Below, in pieces: positions 1-9,443 of a stretch of DNA of 64,000 nucleotides. Location of the stretch: positions 1 to 64,000 of IMG/VR virus record IMGVR_UViG_3300046779_001269; one strand, given 5' to 3'. Each line of letters starts with the position of its first letter. The first letter of the stretch is position 1. The position numbers and the translations under genes are program-made. The notes below the pieces were generated by a model, which worked only from the letters and a program-made list of their open reading frames with translations, was not told where the DNA came from and did not search any database. Origin of the DNA: a virus.

Positions 1-393
1 TGGTGTCTCTGGACGGGTAGTGCAAAACTCACAGGTTGAATCGGAGCACTTATCGTCTAGCCATACATTTTTGATTTCGTTGTAGTGTGCGTCATATTCT
101 TCCGAATATTTCACTGGATCACCTGCAAGACAGGTCACCTTGTACGGTGGTCCGTAGTAAGGTGTGTTCCATGGATCAAGTGGTGGGTATACTCTGTTTC
201 TGTCCCAAGGATACGGATTCGGTGCAGGCAACGGCATGACATTCTTTAGTTTCTCGGACATGAGTTCGACCTCTAGGTCCCGAATGTAGAGTTCCAGTAA
301 TTGGTTGTAAATGAGCGCCGTAAGGTCATTGAATATGACCTCACTCGGCTCATAGTGTGCGGATGACCAGATATATTGTGTTGATGTTGTCAT
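1..393 (-). CDS. hypothetical protein (Pro-rich middle, Cys cluster), runs off the window edge; not in ORF track
   Basis: Manual translation MTTSTQYIWSSAHYEPSEVIF...; GGAGG Shine-Dalgarno upstream; open to position 1. Confidence 0.7.
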   Translation of the reverse strand, partial: MTTSTQYIWSSAHYEPSEVIFNDLTALIYNQLLELYIRDLEVELMSEKLKNVMPLPAPNPYPWDRNRVYPPLDPWNTPYYGPPYKVTCLAGDPVKYSEEYDAHYNEIKNVWLDDKCSDSTCEFCTTRPETP

Positions 394-417
394 TGGAATC
401 CTCCGGAAGCGCTTGAG

Positions 418-573
418 TTAATACATGTTGAATCTTTTTGGTTGGCCGCATCTCTCGCATTGGCAAATATATGCGAAGCCAATTGCTGCACCTGATTCGT
501 TGACATTAGCTTTGTGTATAATCTTCCAGCGGTGCCAGCAGCCATAGATGATAAAGTCAATTAGTTTGAACAT
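418..573 (-). CDS. small hypothetical protein with Cys/His zinc-ribbon-like motif (51 aa)
   Basis: Manual translation MFKLIDFIIYGCWHRWK...YICQCERCGQPKRFNMY. Confidence 0.55.
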   Translation of the reverse strand: MFKLIDFIIYGCWHRWKIIHKANVNESGAAIGFAYICQCERCGQPKRFNMY

Positions 574-715
574 CCTTGTCCTTGTTCATATGAAAGTATT
601 TGTACATTTTCACGGCAAAAGCAAAAGATGCTGGGCAATGGTCCATGTCTGGAAGTGCCTCACCATAAATCTCTTTCATTCGTTCATAGTGTTCTACAAT
701 TTCTTGGTCAGTCAT
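557..715 (-). CDS. small hypothetical protein (52 aa)
   Basis: Manual translation MTDQEIVEHYERMKEIYGEALPD...; packs directly after 718..1188. Confidence 0.6.
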   Translation of the reverse strand: MTDQEIVEHYERMKEIYGEALPDMDHCPASFAFAVKMYKYFHMNKDKDVQTN

Positions 716-717
716 GT

Positions 718-1188
718 TTATACACCAAGGTCAAAGTTTTGCATAAAGTATCTTTGCCACAATTCATGTAATATTTTCATTACATCTTCCTCGTTCATAG
801 TGTGGTCTGAATCAATACGGTCTTCTAGTTGTAAGAATTCCCATTCTTCAGCTTCTACATCATACCATGCATAGATACAGACTTCTTCCTTTGGACGGTG
901 AATAATCATGTTCCATGCAGTGTCGTGTTCAGGAAACATGAATTCTTCCTGTAGTGCATCTTTGTGAATAAAGATAGCATAAGATTCCATTTTGGTGTTA
1001 CCACCTTCGGTATATCGGTACTCACCATTTTCATCTTCATCTTCAAGGTCACCGTATCCGTCAAATATAATCTTGACTTCTGGAATGTCGGAGATATCTT
1101 CACCTCTCACCAATTCATCACGGTCAATCCTGGCATCTTCCATAAAGACTTGTAGAATCTCGCAATAAAGTTCATAATCATAATCCAT
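718..1188 (-). CDS. acidic hypothetical protein
   Basis: ORF in tightly packed minus-strand gene string. Confidence 0.75.
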   Translation of the reverse strand: MDYDYELYCEILQVFMEDARIDRDELVRGEDISDIPEVKIIFDGYGDLEDEDENGEYRYTEGGNTKMESYAIFIHKDALQEEFMFPEHDTAWNMIIHRPKEEVCIYAWYDVEAEEWEFLQLEDRIDSDHTMNEEDVMKILHELWQRYFMQNFDLGV

Positions 1189-1189
1189 T

Positions 1190-1480
1190 TTACAGCCCTT
1201 CGATGGTAGACCAGGTTTTCAGTTTCTCTCGTTTGTTTTGGCGAGCAATGTTTACTTGTTCATCTGAGATTATACACTTTTCCACCATAATGTCAACCAT
1301 TGCAAGGAGGTCTCCCACTTCTTCCTCTAGACTTTCCTTGTTGGTCTTTAGACTAACAGGATGCTGTGATTCGAAACCGAAACGGAAGATTTTAGAAATT
1401 GCTTGGGTAACTTCTGCACATTCTTCCTGTGCAATGCAAAAGACCTCTTTGGTTTGATTATCCATTACTAATGTGCTCAT
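1190..1480 (-). CDS. MazG-like nucleotide pyrophosphohydrolase
   Basis: EECAEV...LEEEVGDLL (EExxE...EExGD) MazG motif. Confidence 0.8.
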   Translation of the reverse strand: MSTLVMDNQTKEVFCIAQEECAEVTQAISKIFRFGFESQHPVSLKTNKESLEEEVGDLLAMVDIMVEKCIISDEQVNIARQNKREKLKTWSTIEGL

Positions 1481-1691
1481 TCAATAGTGTGGGTGCTGAA
1501 CCGCATCCTTTAACAAAATCTTCTGCCAGATTTTCGGCATCCGTTTCATTTCGCAATGTTGTTCTTTGAATTGGTTTATTGCCAATATACATCGCAACTT
1601 CCCAAACATCAAAAGTTGAATTGTAAGACCTCTTCAACCTAGTAACTGTGGCCTTGCGGTCACCCTCATAGTATTCTGAATAAATTTCCAT
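1458..1691 (-). CDS. hypothetical protein
   Basis: ORF with GGAG SD; packed between neighbours. Confidence 0.7.
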   Translation of the reverse strand: MEIYSEYYEGDRKATVTRLKRSYNSTFDVWEVAMYIGNKPIQRTTLRNETDAENLAEDFVKGCGSAPTLLNEHISNG

Positions 1692-1701
1692 TTTTTACTC
1701 C

Positions 1702-3837
1702 TTACGAAATCAATCCAATAAAACGATTCAACACAACACGACTTGTGATTTTGTTTGCAGTATACCTACTGAATGCTGAAACCATACCACGAGTGGTTGC
1801 ATTTTCTTTGAACTCTAGTTCTTCTTCATCATCAGTATCTAGGCCATTTGACCGTAACAAATAATAGTCATCAAAACCGGTACTTGTCACAACAGCATAG
1901 TTTTCTTTTCTGAATGTCTCTTTGATATCAGTATCATCTGTTTTATCAGGATAGAAATAAGTGAATCGGTTTGAAATGTCTTTCGATTCACAAACAAAGA
2001 AACCAATCACATGTGAGTTGGTGCGTTTCTTCAACAAACGAATGAAACAATCAGTCTGTGCCATCAACATACTAGAATAGTAAAGGTTCGCCTTACGGTT
2101 TCTTTCAAACACTTCTTCGTTCCTAGTTTTAGGATCACGGATGACCATATGTGTAAATGCAGCCTTTGTAGGATAATGTTGACTGTCATACATATCAAAC
2201 AAACAACTACCTTCACCATCAGTTAGAAAAACGGTGTTCACAATTTGCAAACGATTCTTCTTCTGGAAGTCAGGTACAATTTCCATGGCACCAATAACAC
2301 ACTCATTCAATGGTGTACCACTCATACGCAAGAACCATGGAGTCAACGAACGACCCAAACATTCTTTTGTAATACCACCAAACTTCATCATTGCAGCTGC
2401 ACCAGTGATAAATTCATTTGCTGTCATTCTACTAGACAACAAATTAACCATACCAAACTCACCACAGTATAAATCACCAAGCTTTGCTGCTGGTTTGTAG
2501 AGAAATTCTCTATCACTAGATTCAATGAAACAATAAACTTCGTATGGAATGTTAACCTTCTTACAGAACATCACCAGGTTCAACAGTTGTTTCACTGTAT
2601 TACCAATGTGTCGTGACATAGAACCTGACCAATCCAAGAACATTACAAGTCCATGTGATTGTCCGTGAGGTACAACAGTAATTTTCTTAAACAAATCTTC
2701 ATTGAAATTGAATGAATAGATTTTACTCAGGTCTAAATCACCAGTTTTTGCTGTTGAAGCACGTTTCATTTGGTCGGCATTCTTGCGGAGTTCAAATTCT
2801 TTCACAAGATACGACACAACCTTTGCGGATTCACGGCGATAATTGATAAAATCTTGCCGATTGATTGTAAAACCTTCAACCTCACACATCGCATAAAGTT
2901 TTTTGTAGTCAACAACGCCTTTTTTGATGTCATATTCAGGTACATTCACATAAACATACTTGGATTGACCTTTATCAAACAGTTGTTGTTCATTTTCCTT
3001 GTATGCTTCATCAGTAAACGAACGAATTGGCTCTGGAGGTTTCTCGTGTTTTTCTTTACGACCAGCTCCTTGTGTGCCTACACTACCACCAACTTCATCT
3101 TTGGTCTGTTTTTCTTCTTCACCTTCATTTTCTTCACTATCACCTGAAGAATCTCCACCTTCACCTTCACGAGCATCAACGGTAATGTCTGCTGGTTGTT
3201 CACCTTCGCTCTCATTTTCATTGGTTCCATCACCGTCATCATCAGTTAAGACAGCAACTGTTAATGTTTTTACTTCTTCTTCATCTTCCATGTTCATAAA
3301 ATCACAAATTTTCTTTGTAACTTCAATCACATCTTCATAGGTTTCAGTTGATTCTACTTCAGAAAGCAGTTCACGCTCTTTATCGGAGAATTTAATAGTC
3401 AATCCTGCACCAATTTTACAATGCAAGTTGATTCTATCAACAAAATTATATGTGTTTAGGTCTTTTCCTTCTGTGCCAAAGAAGTTTTTGTTGTACAGTT
3501 CATCATAAGCACGAAAGAATGGTGCTTTGATACCAGGATATTTGTTTTTAATCTTGCGTTCAATGCGTGAATCTTCAACAATGTTCACCACATTCATATT
3601 AATTTTTTCGGCAATGGCTTTTTTCATGCCATCATATGGTGTGTATAGTGCATGGCCAACTTCGTGACCCATAAACAAGTCATAAACATCTTTGGAAATC
3701 TTATTGTCCAAGATTGGCACAGTCAACACACGAGTTTCAATGTTAAAACTTGCTGTTTGTACTCTGTCTTGTTGAATACGTAAGTCTTCCGTAGCCATCA
3801 ATTTGGCCAATAGTGATTTTGTTTCAAGTAAACTCAT
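1702..3837 (-). CDS. CobT-like protein: N-terminal HExxH metallopeptidase-like domain, acidic linker, C-terminal vWA domain
   Basis: HEVGH; MIDAS motifs DWSGS, GTPL, LTDGE; usual partner of MoxR/CobS AAA+ ATPase in T4-like phages. Confidence 0.8.
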   Translation of the reverse strand: MSLLETKSLLAKLMATEDLRIQQDRVQTASFNIETRVLTVPILDNKISKDVYDLFMGHEVGHALYTPYDGMKKAIAEKINMNVVNIVEDSRIERKIKNKYPGIKAPFFRAYDELYNKNFFGTEGKDLNTYNFVDRINLHCKIGAGLTIKFSDKERELLSEVESTETYEDVIEVTKKICDFMNMEDEEEVKTLTVAVLTDDDGDGTNENESEGEQPADITVDAREGEGGDSSGDSEENEGEEEKQTKDEVGGSVGTQGAGRKEKHEKPPEPIRSFTDEAYKENEQQLFDKGQSKYVYVNVPEYDIKKGVVDYKKLYAMCEVEGFTINRQDFINYRRESAKVVSYLVKEFELRKNADQMKRASTAKTGDLDLSKIYSFNFNEDLFKKITVVPHGQSHGLVMFLDWSGSMSRHIGNTVKQLLNLVMFCKKVNIPYEVYCFIESSDREFLYKPAAKLGDLYCGEFGMVNLLSSRMTANEFITGAAAMMKFGGITKECLGRSLTPWFLRMSGTPLNECVIGAMEIVPDFQKKNRLQIVNTVFLTDGEGSCLFDMYDSQHYPTKAAFTHMVIRDPKTRNEEVFERNRKANLYYSSMLMAQTDCFIRLLKKRTNSHVIGFFVCESKDISNRFTYFYPDKTDDTDIKETFRKENYAVVTSTGFDDYYLLRSNGLDTDDEEELEFKENATTRGMVSAFSRYTANKITSRVVLNRFIGLIS

Positions 3838-4127
3838 TATTTTTTCTCAGTAATTATAAGAACATTGCCTGTAGGCGTTTGTTCCACTTCCATATTCAAC
3901 ACCGTGCCTTCACTCCAACCTTTTAACATGAGCAATTCATCAGGAAAAGTTAAAATTGCATCGCCTGTGCCATCATTCGCTTCTTCAATGCTAGTTGACC
4001 AAGTTTTTTCATAATTTTCTAAGTCATTTTCCCATTGAGACATGATTGCCCAGCGTTTGGTTGCTTGCCAAACAGGTTCCCAATCAAGATTCGTAGATTT
4101 TTGCTCTGTGTTTTGGTTTTCGTTCAT
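3837..4127 (-). CDS. AbrB/MazE-like (swapped-hairpin) domain protein
   Basis: GDAILTFPDELLMLKGWSEGTVLNME resembles the AbrB/SpoVT pattern. Confidence 0.5.
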   Translation of the reverse strand: MNENQNTEQKSTNLDWEPVWQATKRWAIMSQWENDLENYEKTWSTSIEEANDGTGDAILTFPDELLMLKGWSEGTVLNMEVEQTPTGNVLIITEKK

Positions 4128-4221
4128 ATTTTACCTCATTTTTATGAGCCTGTACAGGCTTGATTGGTGTCCGACACACTGGTCGTTTCAATTCTACAAC
4201 AAAATTAATTTTCCTTTTCAT
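4084..4221 (-). CDS. small basic protein (45 aa), not in ORF track
   Basis: Manual translation MKRKINFVVELKRPVCRTPIKPVQAHKNEVKYERKPKHRAKIYES; starts right after the stop of 4223..4552. Confidence 0.55.
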   Translation of the reverse strand: MKRKINFVVELKRPVCRTPIKPVQAHKNEVKYERKPKHRAKIYES

Positions 4222-4222
4222 T

Positions 4223-4552
4223 TTAACGCCTCATACTTGAGATTTCCACTGCTTCCTCTTTCTTAAACACAGGAACAGCGTTTGATTTGTGCAAAGTTGC
4301 AATACCGAGCACTTTATCGCCAGTGTATACTTTCGGTTCTGCTTTAGTTGCAGCTACATTACCGGTATTTAATGACGGAAAGTGCTTAGTTTCACGGCCG
4401 GCAGGTGCCGACAGTTTATAAGTGAATTTTTGTGGAGTGGATTGTATGACTTTGGTTGGTTTGTGTGAATCCAACCATTTTTGATATTGCTCACGCTCGG
4501 CTTTTGGTGCAAGCTTGCGCTTTGACTTAGGTGTGCGAGTATAAATCATCAT
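4223..4552 (-). CDS. conserved T4-like phage hypothetical protein
   Basis: C-terminal YTGxxxxGIATLHKSNAVPV motif typical of T4-like phages; directly downstream of a promoter. Confidence 0.75.
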   Translation of the reverse strand: MMIYTRTPKSKRKLAPKAEREQYQKWLDSHKPTKVIQSTPQKFTYKLSAPAGRETKHFPSLNTGNVAATKAEPKVYTGDKVLGIATLHKSNAVPVFKKEEAVEISSMRR

Positions 4553-4574
4553 AACAAATCTCCTGTATGTGTAT

Positions 4575-4627
4575 ATTATAACATAATCAGGAGATTTGTC
4601 AATTGTTGTGTTGTTTACCTACAACAC
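4575..4627 (-). promoter_or_regulatory. sigma70-type promoter with upstream TGTTG-N8-CAACA palindrome
   Basis: TTGACA (4597-4602), 16 bp, extended TGnTATAAT (4575-4580); GTGTTGT-N6-ACAACAC at 4608-4627. Confidence 0.75.
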
Positions 4628-4633
4628 TAGGAA

Positions 4634-4828
4634 TTAGTAGAATTGTTTTACTTTTCGGCGAGCAGGTTTTTCATAATATAGCTCTTCGTCCTGCATCATT
4701 CTATCATAATCGTAATTGGTCAACTTTTTTGACGGATCATGTTTACCACTACGCTTGCGTTTTTGTGAATATTCATAATCATCATTATAATCCGCATTTT
4801 TACGGAACTTAGCCACAAACTTCGACAC
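4634..4828 (-). CDS. small charged hypothetical protein
   Basis: ORF with AGGAG SD and GTG start. Confidence 0.65.
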   Translation of the reverse strand: MSKFVAKFRKNADYNDDYEYSQKRKRSGKHDPSKKLTNYDYDRMMQDEELYYEKPARRKVKQFY

Positions 4829-4837
4829 TACTACTCC

Positions 4838-5209
4838 TTAATCAATAACTTGAAATGTAATTCCTCTAATTCTTGTTTCTGGCATGTTATGCATATCATG
4901 CTTAGAAACATATGTTATAACTGCTTGAGGATAAAACAGTTTAACGGCCTTCAATAAGTTACAATCTGTGCCATCAGCATCATTGTATCTTATTATCTCG
5001 TCAACACATTTAAAACCTTGTAACAATTCTTGTCTTTCATCATAACGATTAAAAAGTGTACCTGTTTTCAAATGTGTTGCTATATCAGAACTCAAACCGA
5101 CAATTAACCAGTCACCTTGAGCTCTACATTTTTGTAGAAATCTTAAATCTTCAACTCTCAAAATATCATAATCACCTGATGTAACGACTATTCTATCTTT
5201 TGGTATCAT
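4838..5209 (-). CDS. TagD/RfaE-like cytidylyltransferase fold, degenerate HxGH motif
   Basis: VVTSGDYDIL...GDWLIVGLSSD...ER.E.L...KCVDEI; HxGH replaced by RVED. Confidence 0.7.
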   Translation of the reverse strand: MIPKDRIVVTSGDYDILRVEDLRFLQKCRAQGDWLIVGLSSDIATHLKTGTLFNRYDERQELLQGFKCVDEIIRYNDADGTDCNLLKAVKLFYPQAVITYVSKHDMHNMPETRIRGITFQVID

Positions 5210-5631
5210 GGTAATAGATTCGGAAATGCCTCTTTAACAAATTTGTATGTTAGACCTTTTACATGCAAATCTTTTTGGAATATTCCCAAAATGACTTCTG
5301 CTTCTCTTGGCTCTATTGATTCCAACATTTGAACCAATATCTCATTTCTTCGTTTATCGTCCAACCTCTCTGCTGTAGGATCACCCTCTCTAAACATATA
5401 CAACCTACGCAGTTGTGAGTTTAAACTATCGTGTGTAATTCCTGGTAACATGTCCGTTGGAATTTTATAATTTTCTGGAAGTTCTTTTACCTTCCATTGA
5501 AAATCTGGATGATATGTTAACTGTAAAACATCTACCAAAACTTTTGAAAGGTTGCGTTCAATAACACCCATTCTTGCTTCTTTGGTTTTTGCTTCCTCAA
5601 ACTCATCAAAAATTTCATACAAAGCCTTCAT
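5206..5631 (-). CDS. conserved T4-like hypothetical protein
   Basis: ORF typical of the rnh neighbourhood; C-terminal VKEAFP. Confidence 0.75.
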   Translation of the reverse strand: MKALYEIFDEFEEAKTKEARMGVIERNLSKVLVDVLQLTYHPDFQWKVKELPENYKIPTDMLPGITHDSLNSQLRRLYMFREGDPTAERLDDKRRNEILVQMLESIEPREAEVILGIFQKDLHVKGLTYKFVKEAFPNLLP

Positions 5632-6494
5632 TAAAATTCTCCAATTACATCCATAAGATTTTTCAGTTTATTAGCAATGAAATAATCCAAAATCTTGCCT
5701 TTGGGTGCAGGTTTGGTTTCATCATAGGTATTTATGATTTTACTCTGTATGTCACTTGGGATATTTCTCAAGTCAATCAGTGTACTATTACGGGAATAAC
5801 CAATTTTGGCTTCTTCATCATATTGTGTAATATCTTCATTTAGGTATTTTTCCATTCTACCTTCTGTCATGCGTTTCTGTCTAATGTCACGCACGAATGT
5901 ATCTCCAGGTGACATGATGTTTGGAATGCCATCGCCTGCATCACCACCAATGATTTTCATTTTCAATTCATGTAATGGATTGTCCGACACAATAAATTTC
6001 TTTTGTGTTGGATTGTATTGTTTAACTTTGAAACGACTGGCTTCATTGTATTGTTGCAATTGCAGAAAATCGCCATCACTGGAAATGATTAGAATGTCCT
6101 CATGCATGATGTGACGAGGCACAAGTGTACCAATAATGTCATCAGCTTCAGCACCTTCAACATCAATCACTTTGTATGGGAAATTGTCTTTGAGTTCTTG
6201 TTTAAACTTCGACAACATATCAAAGATGAGGTGCCAGTCTAAGTCCGACTTTGCACGGTTTTTCTTTCGTCCAGCTTTGTAGTGTGGAAAGAATTCTCTA
6301 CGCCAATATTTGCGGTTATCAGCACAGAGTACAACTTCACCATAATCTTTTCGGAAGTTTTTTAGGTGTGTTCTGATAATGTTTAAGACCATGTGACGAA
6401 TCAGGTCTTCTTCTAATTTCAATTTAGGTCTTGCGTTGGCAATTTGTGCCATGAGGCCTGCCAGTAACACTTGGTTCAAATCAACGAGAATCAT
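5631..6494 (-). CDS. rnh: T4-type RNase H / 5'-3' exonuclease
   Basis: ILVD, YWRR..FPHYKAGR, EADDIIG, SSDGDF.QL, GDAGDGIPN motifs. Confidence 0.92.
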   Translation of the reverse strand: MILVDLNQVLLAGLMAQIANARPKLKLEEDLIRHMVLNIIRTHLKNFRKDYGEVVLCADNRKYWRREFFPHYKAGRKKNRAKSDLDWHLIFDMLSKFKQELKDNFPYKVIDVEGAEADDIIGTLVPRHIMHEDILIISSDGDFLQLQQYNEASRFKVKQYNPTQKKFIVSDNPLHELKMKIIGGDAGDGIPNIMSPGDTFVRDIRQKRMTEGRMEKYLNEDITQYDEEAKIGYSRNSTLIDLRNIPSDIQSKIINTYDETKPAPKGKILDYFIANKLKNLMDVIGEF

Positions 6495-6518
6495 AATATC
6501 TTTCAATAGTTTTACATA

Positions 6519-6863
6519 TTATACTGTATAACTGTTCCATTTGGCAAACACATCATCCACCAATCGGTGTGATGTGGTGGTTTTCCTGCTAACCATTCCA
6601 TACCAATCTTCTTTAATCATCCTGCTGATGTATTCACGAGGTTCAACTAAAACGCCTTGGAATTTATCCAGGTCTGTTATTTCATCTTCTTCGTTCAATC
6701 TGAAAAGGATAATATCGTATGAATCTCCGGCCAAACCGACATCCAACTTTTCACCCATTTCTTTGTACTTTGCCACTTCTAATTTTACCTGACTTTCATC
6801 TTCCGGATGTGGCACAAAAAAGATGGTATCATAATCTACGATTTCCCGTAAAGCTTCTAACAT
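6519..6863 (-). CDS. hypothetical protein
   Basis: ORF in operon. Confidence 0.7.
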   Translation of the reverse strand: MLEALREIVDYDTIFFVPHPEDESQVKLEVAKYKEMGEKLDVGLAGDSYDIILFRLNEEDEITDLDKFQGVLVEPREYISRMIKEDWYGMVSRKTTTSHRLVDDVFAKWNSYTV

Positions 6864-7270
6864 TGTAATCCCTTAATGTGTGATTTTCTCACTCTTACCA
6901 TAATCCAGGTATTGTAATACTCATCACTTTCTAACGCACCATTAACGAACTGTTCTTTTGCTTCAAGATAACCACACTCACCTTTGGATTTGCACAAGTG
7001 TATAATCTCTCGCTTGAAAAGTTCCCTGCCGTGCATTATAACATCTTTTTTCAGTTCCTCGTTGGATCCGTAGTAAGTTTGCCAGTCCGAGGAAACCTTG
7101 TGTTTCTTTTTCTTGCCTTTTACTACTTTTGTCTTAGAGCTGTAGAAGAATTTCTTACCAATGTATTTTTTGTTATTGGTTAGATTGGTGATTAGGTAAA
7201 CAAAACCATAATTCTCACCAATCTGTTCCTCTGTGAAGTCTTTATTATCGTATAACCAGTTTATTCCCAT
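6857..7270 (-). CDS. GIY-YIG nuclease-family protein
   Basis: GFVYLITNLTNNKKYIGKK; YYGS; YYN. Confidence 0.8.
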   Translation of the reverse strand: MGINWLYDNKDFTEEQIGENYGFVYLITNLTNNKKYIGKKFFYSSKTKVVKGKKKKHKVSSDWQTYYGSNEELKKDVIMHGRELFKREIIHLCKSKGECGYLEAKEQFVNGALESDEYYNTWIMVRVRKSHIKGLQC

Positions 7271-7446
7271 TTAAAATCATCTTCATCCAAATCATCATCC
7301 TCTATATAGTCTTCGGTGATTTCTTCAATGGGTTCACCGCAAAACGGACAATGTTCTGGCAATTCAGATGATACAAGTTGCTCAACATAAGCAACTTCAT
7401 AACTAGATTCACAATTTAGGCATTCAGCCGTAACTAACTTTGACAT
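7261..7446 (-). CDS. small zinc-ribbon protein
   Basis: CLNC...CPFCG, acidic tail. Confidence 0.7.
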   Translation of the reverse strand: MSKLVTAECLNCESSYEVAYVEQLVSSELPEHCPFCGEPIEEITEDYIEDDDLDEDDFKWE

Positions 7447-7455
7447 AAGGTCTCC

Positions 7456-8442
7456 TTAATGAGCCCAAACATCACCCCATGTTCCTTGTTGAGCACCTTT
7501 TGCATAATCGGTGGCACGATTCTCGAAGAAGTTGGTATGAGTTGGAGCATTAATCATTTCCTCAACCCATGGAAGAGGATTTCTTTTTACTTTAAAGATA
7601 CCCTTCATACCAAGACCAATCAATCGGCGGTCAGCAATGTAACGAATGTATTTCTTAACATCTTCACTAGTTAAGTCTTCCATTTTGTTTACACCAAAAG
7701 CCAAATCAATAAACTTATCTTCAAGTTCAACCATCTTTTCCGCAATAGTGTAGATGCTGCTCTTCAATTCATCGTTCCAGATTTCAGGGTTCTCGTTTAT
7801 ATATGTTTTAAACAATTTCATCATGTTCTCGGCGTGCATCGTTTCATCAACGATAGACCAAGTAACAATCTGACCCATACCCTTCATCTTACCATGTCGT
7901 GGGAAATTCAACAACATAATAAATGAACTGAACAGTTGCATACCTTCTGTGAAGGCAGAGAATACAGCAATGTGACGAGCTGTATTTTCCTTTGTGCCGT
8001 TCTTAGATGATAAGTCTAACACATAGTCGTGTTTGTCTTTCATTTCTTGGTATTCCAAGAATTCTGTGTATGTCGTTTCTGGTAAACCAAGCGTTTCAAT
8101 CAAATGACTGTATGCAGCAATGTGTAAGGCTTCACGAGCAGCGAAGCCCATCAACATCATTCTGATTTCCGGTTGCGGAAAGTAAGGTAGATAATTCCTA
8201 ACATACCCACCCGCCACATCAATGTCTCCTTGAGTGAAGAACCTAAAGATGTGAGTGAGAAACTTCTTTTCATCATTTGTTAATTTCCTTTTCCAATCTT
8301 TTTCATCTTCAAGCATTGGAACTTCTGTGTGAAGCCAATGTGATTGTTCATGTTTAAGCCAAGCATCATATGCCCAAGCATAATTGAATGGTTTAAAATT
8401 ACTTCTTTCGTCCGTAACTCTTGAATTTGCTTTTTTAATCAT
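7456..8442 (-). CDS. nrdB: ribonucleotide reductase class Ia beta subunit
   Basis: EALHIAAY, EGMQLFSSF, DETMH di-iron ligands; NFFE tail. Confidence 0.95.
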   Translation of the reverse strand: MIKKANSRVTDERSNFKPFNYAWAYDAWLKHEQSHWLHTEVPMLEDEKDWKRKLTNDEKKFLTHIFRFFTQGDIDVAGGYVRNYLPYFPQPEIRMMLMGFAAREALHIAAYSHLIETLGLPETTYTEFLEYQEMKDKHDYVLDLSSKNGTKENTARHIAVFSAFTEGMQLFSSFIMLLNFPRHGKMKGMGQIVTWSIVDETMHAENMMKLFKTYINENPEIWNDELKSSIYTIAEKMVELEDKFIDLAFGVNKMEDLTSEDVKKYIRYIADRRLIGLGMKGIFKVKRNPLPWVEEMINAPTHTNFFENRATDYAKGAQQGTWGDVWAH

Positions 8443-8686
8443 TCAGCCAGTCCTCTAATTGTTTTAATGATTGCATACCGACCAATCGTTTCATTTCTGT
8501 GTTGCCGTCCAACATAACAAGTGTGGGCACACCACGAATGCCATAATCTATGGCAATTTCATTGTTTTCATCAATATCAACCACTTCGATTGGAATATTT
8601 GTACTAACATTTTCTAAATTTTTTGCTAACATCTTACATGGTCCACACCAAGATGCGGTAAATCTCAATACTCTCTTGTCGCTCAT
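8435..8686 (-). CDS. trxA: thioredoxin
   Basis: WCGPC; GVPT. Confidence 0.92.
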   Translation of the reverse strand: MSDKRVLRFTASWCGPCKMLAKNLENVSTNIPIEVVDIDENNEIAIDYGIRGVPTLVMLDGNTEMKRLVGMQSLKQLEDWLND

Positions 8687-8805
8687 TTCTTTTCTTCCTT
8701 CTTTTCAATTGGGGGTGGAAAGTGTGGTTCAATCACATAATGATTTGCGCCCCACCATCCTAATGCTGATAAAAATCCAATTATAATATATTCTACTACT
8801 AACAT
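8683..8805 (-). CDS. small single-TM protein (40 aa), not in ORF track
   Basis: MLVVEYIIIGFLSALGWWGANHYVIEPHFPPPIEKKEEKK; overlaps both neighbours' start/stop codons. Confidence 0.6.
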   Translation of the reverse strand: MLVVEYIIIGFLSALGWWGANHYVIEPHFPPPIEKKEEKK

Positions 8806-9443
8806 CAAGCCTCCATCAATCTATTAACAAAATCCAATAATAGTTGATGTTGTTCACCGTTGTGATACTTATTCTTCATCCAACTATATTGTTCATACCA
8901 ATGTGGTTGACTTTCTGGATGACATCCAATTAAACCAACACGGCCTTGTATTATTGCCATTGGATCATCATTCTTATATTTGGCAATAATATCATAATAA
9001 CCAGGACCAAATGCACAACCATCGTAGAAGAACATTTCTTTTTCTTCACCCAACCAATCAACCTTTAGATTCTTTGCATGTGGCCTACGAGTGTCTGTAT
9101 TTGGTCTAGTGATGTATTGTTCTACGTCAACATTATGTAAAATATTAAAATAATCACGGCCAGCCCAATAAGCACCCATGCAAATTCCCAAATAACGGCC
9201 GCCATTACGAATAAAATCATAAATGCGGTTGCGATTATTTTTAAGCAAAGAATCAAAGCTGTCGCTGTCACCCAGACCACCAGGGAAAGCAACAATATCG
9301 ACATTATCAAAGAAATCATCTTCTAACTCATGCTTGGTGAAAATTTTGAAATTGTAATGGTCACCAAGTGCCTTGATAATGCCGTTGCCTGATTGCACCG
9401 AACACTTTGGTTGGTGCAGGAACAATGCTATAGTTGGTTTCAT
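8805..9443 (-). CDS. BPL_N / class I glutamine amidotransferase-like protein
   Basis: FPGG, GGRYLGICMGAY, HPE catalytic-triad motifs. Confidence 0.8.
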   Translation of the reverse strand: MKPTIALFLHQPKCSVQSGNGIIKALGDHYNFKIFTKHELEDDFFDNVDIVAFPGGLGDSDSFDSLLKNNRNRIYDFIRNGGRYLGICMGAYWAGRDYFNILHNVDVEQYITRPNTDTRRPHAKNLKVDWLGEEKEMFFYDGCAFGPGYYDIIAKYKNDDPMAIIQGRVGLIGCHPESQPHWYEQYSWMKNKYHNGEQHQLLLDFVNRLMEA

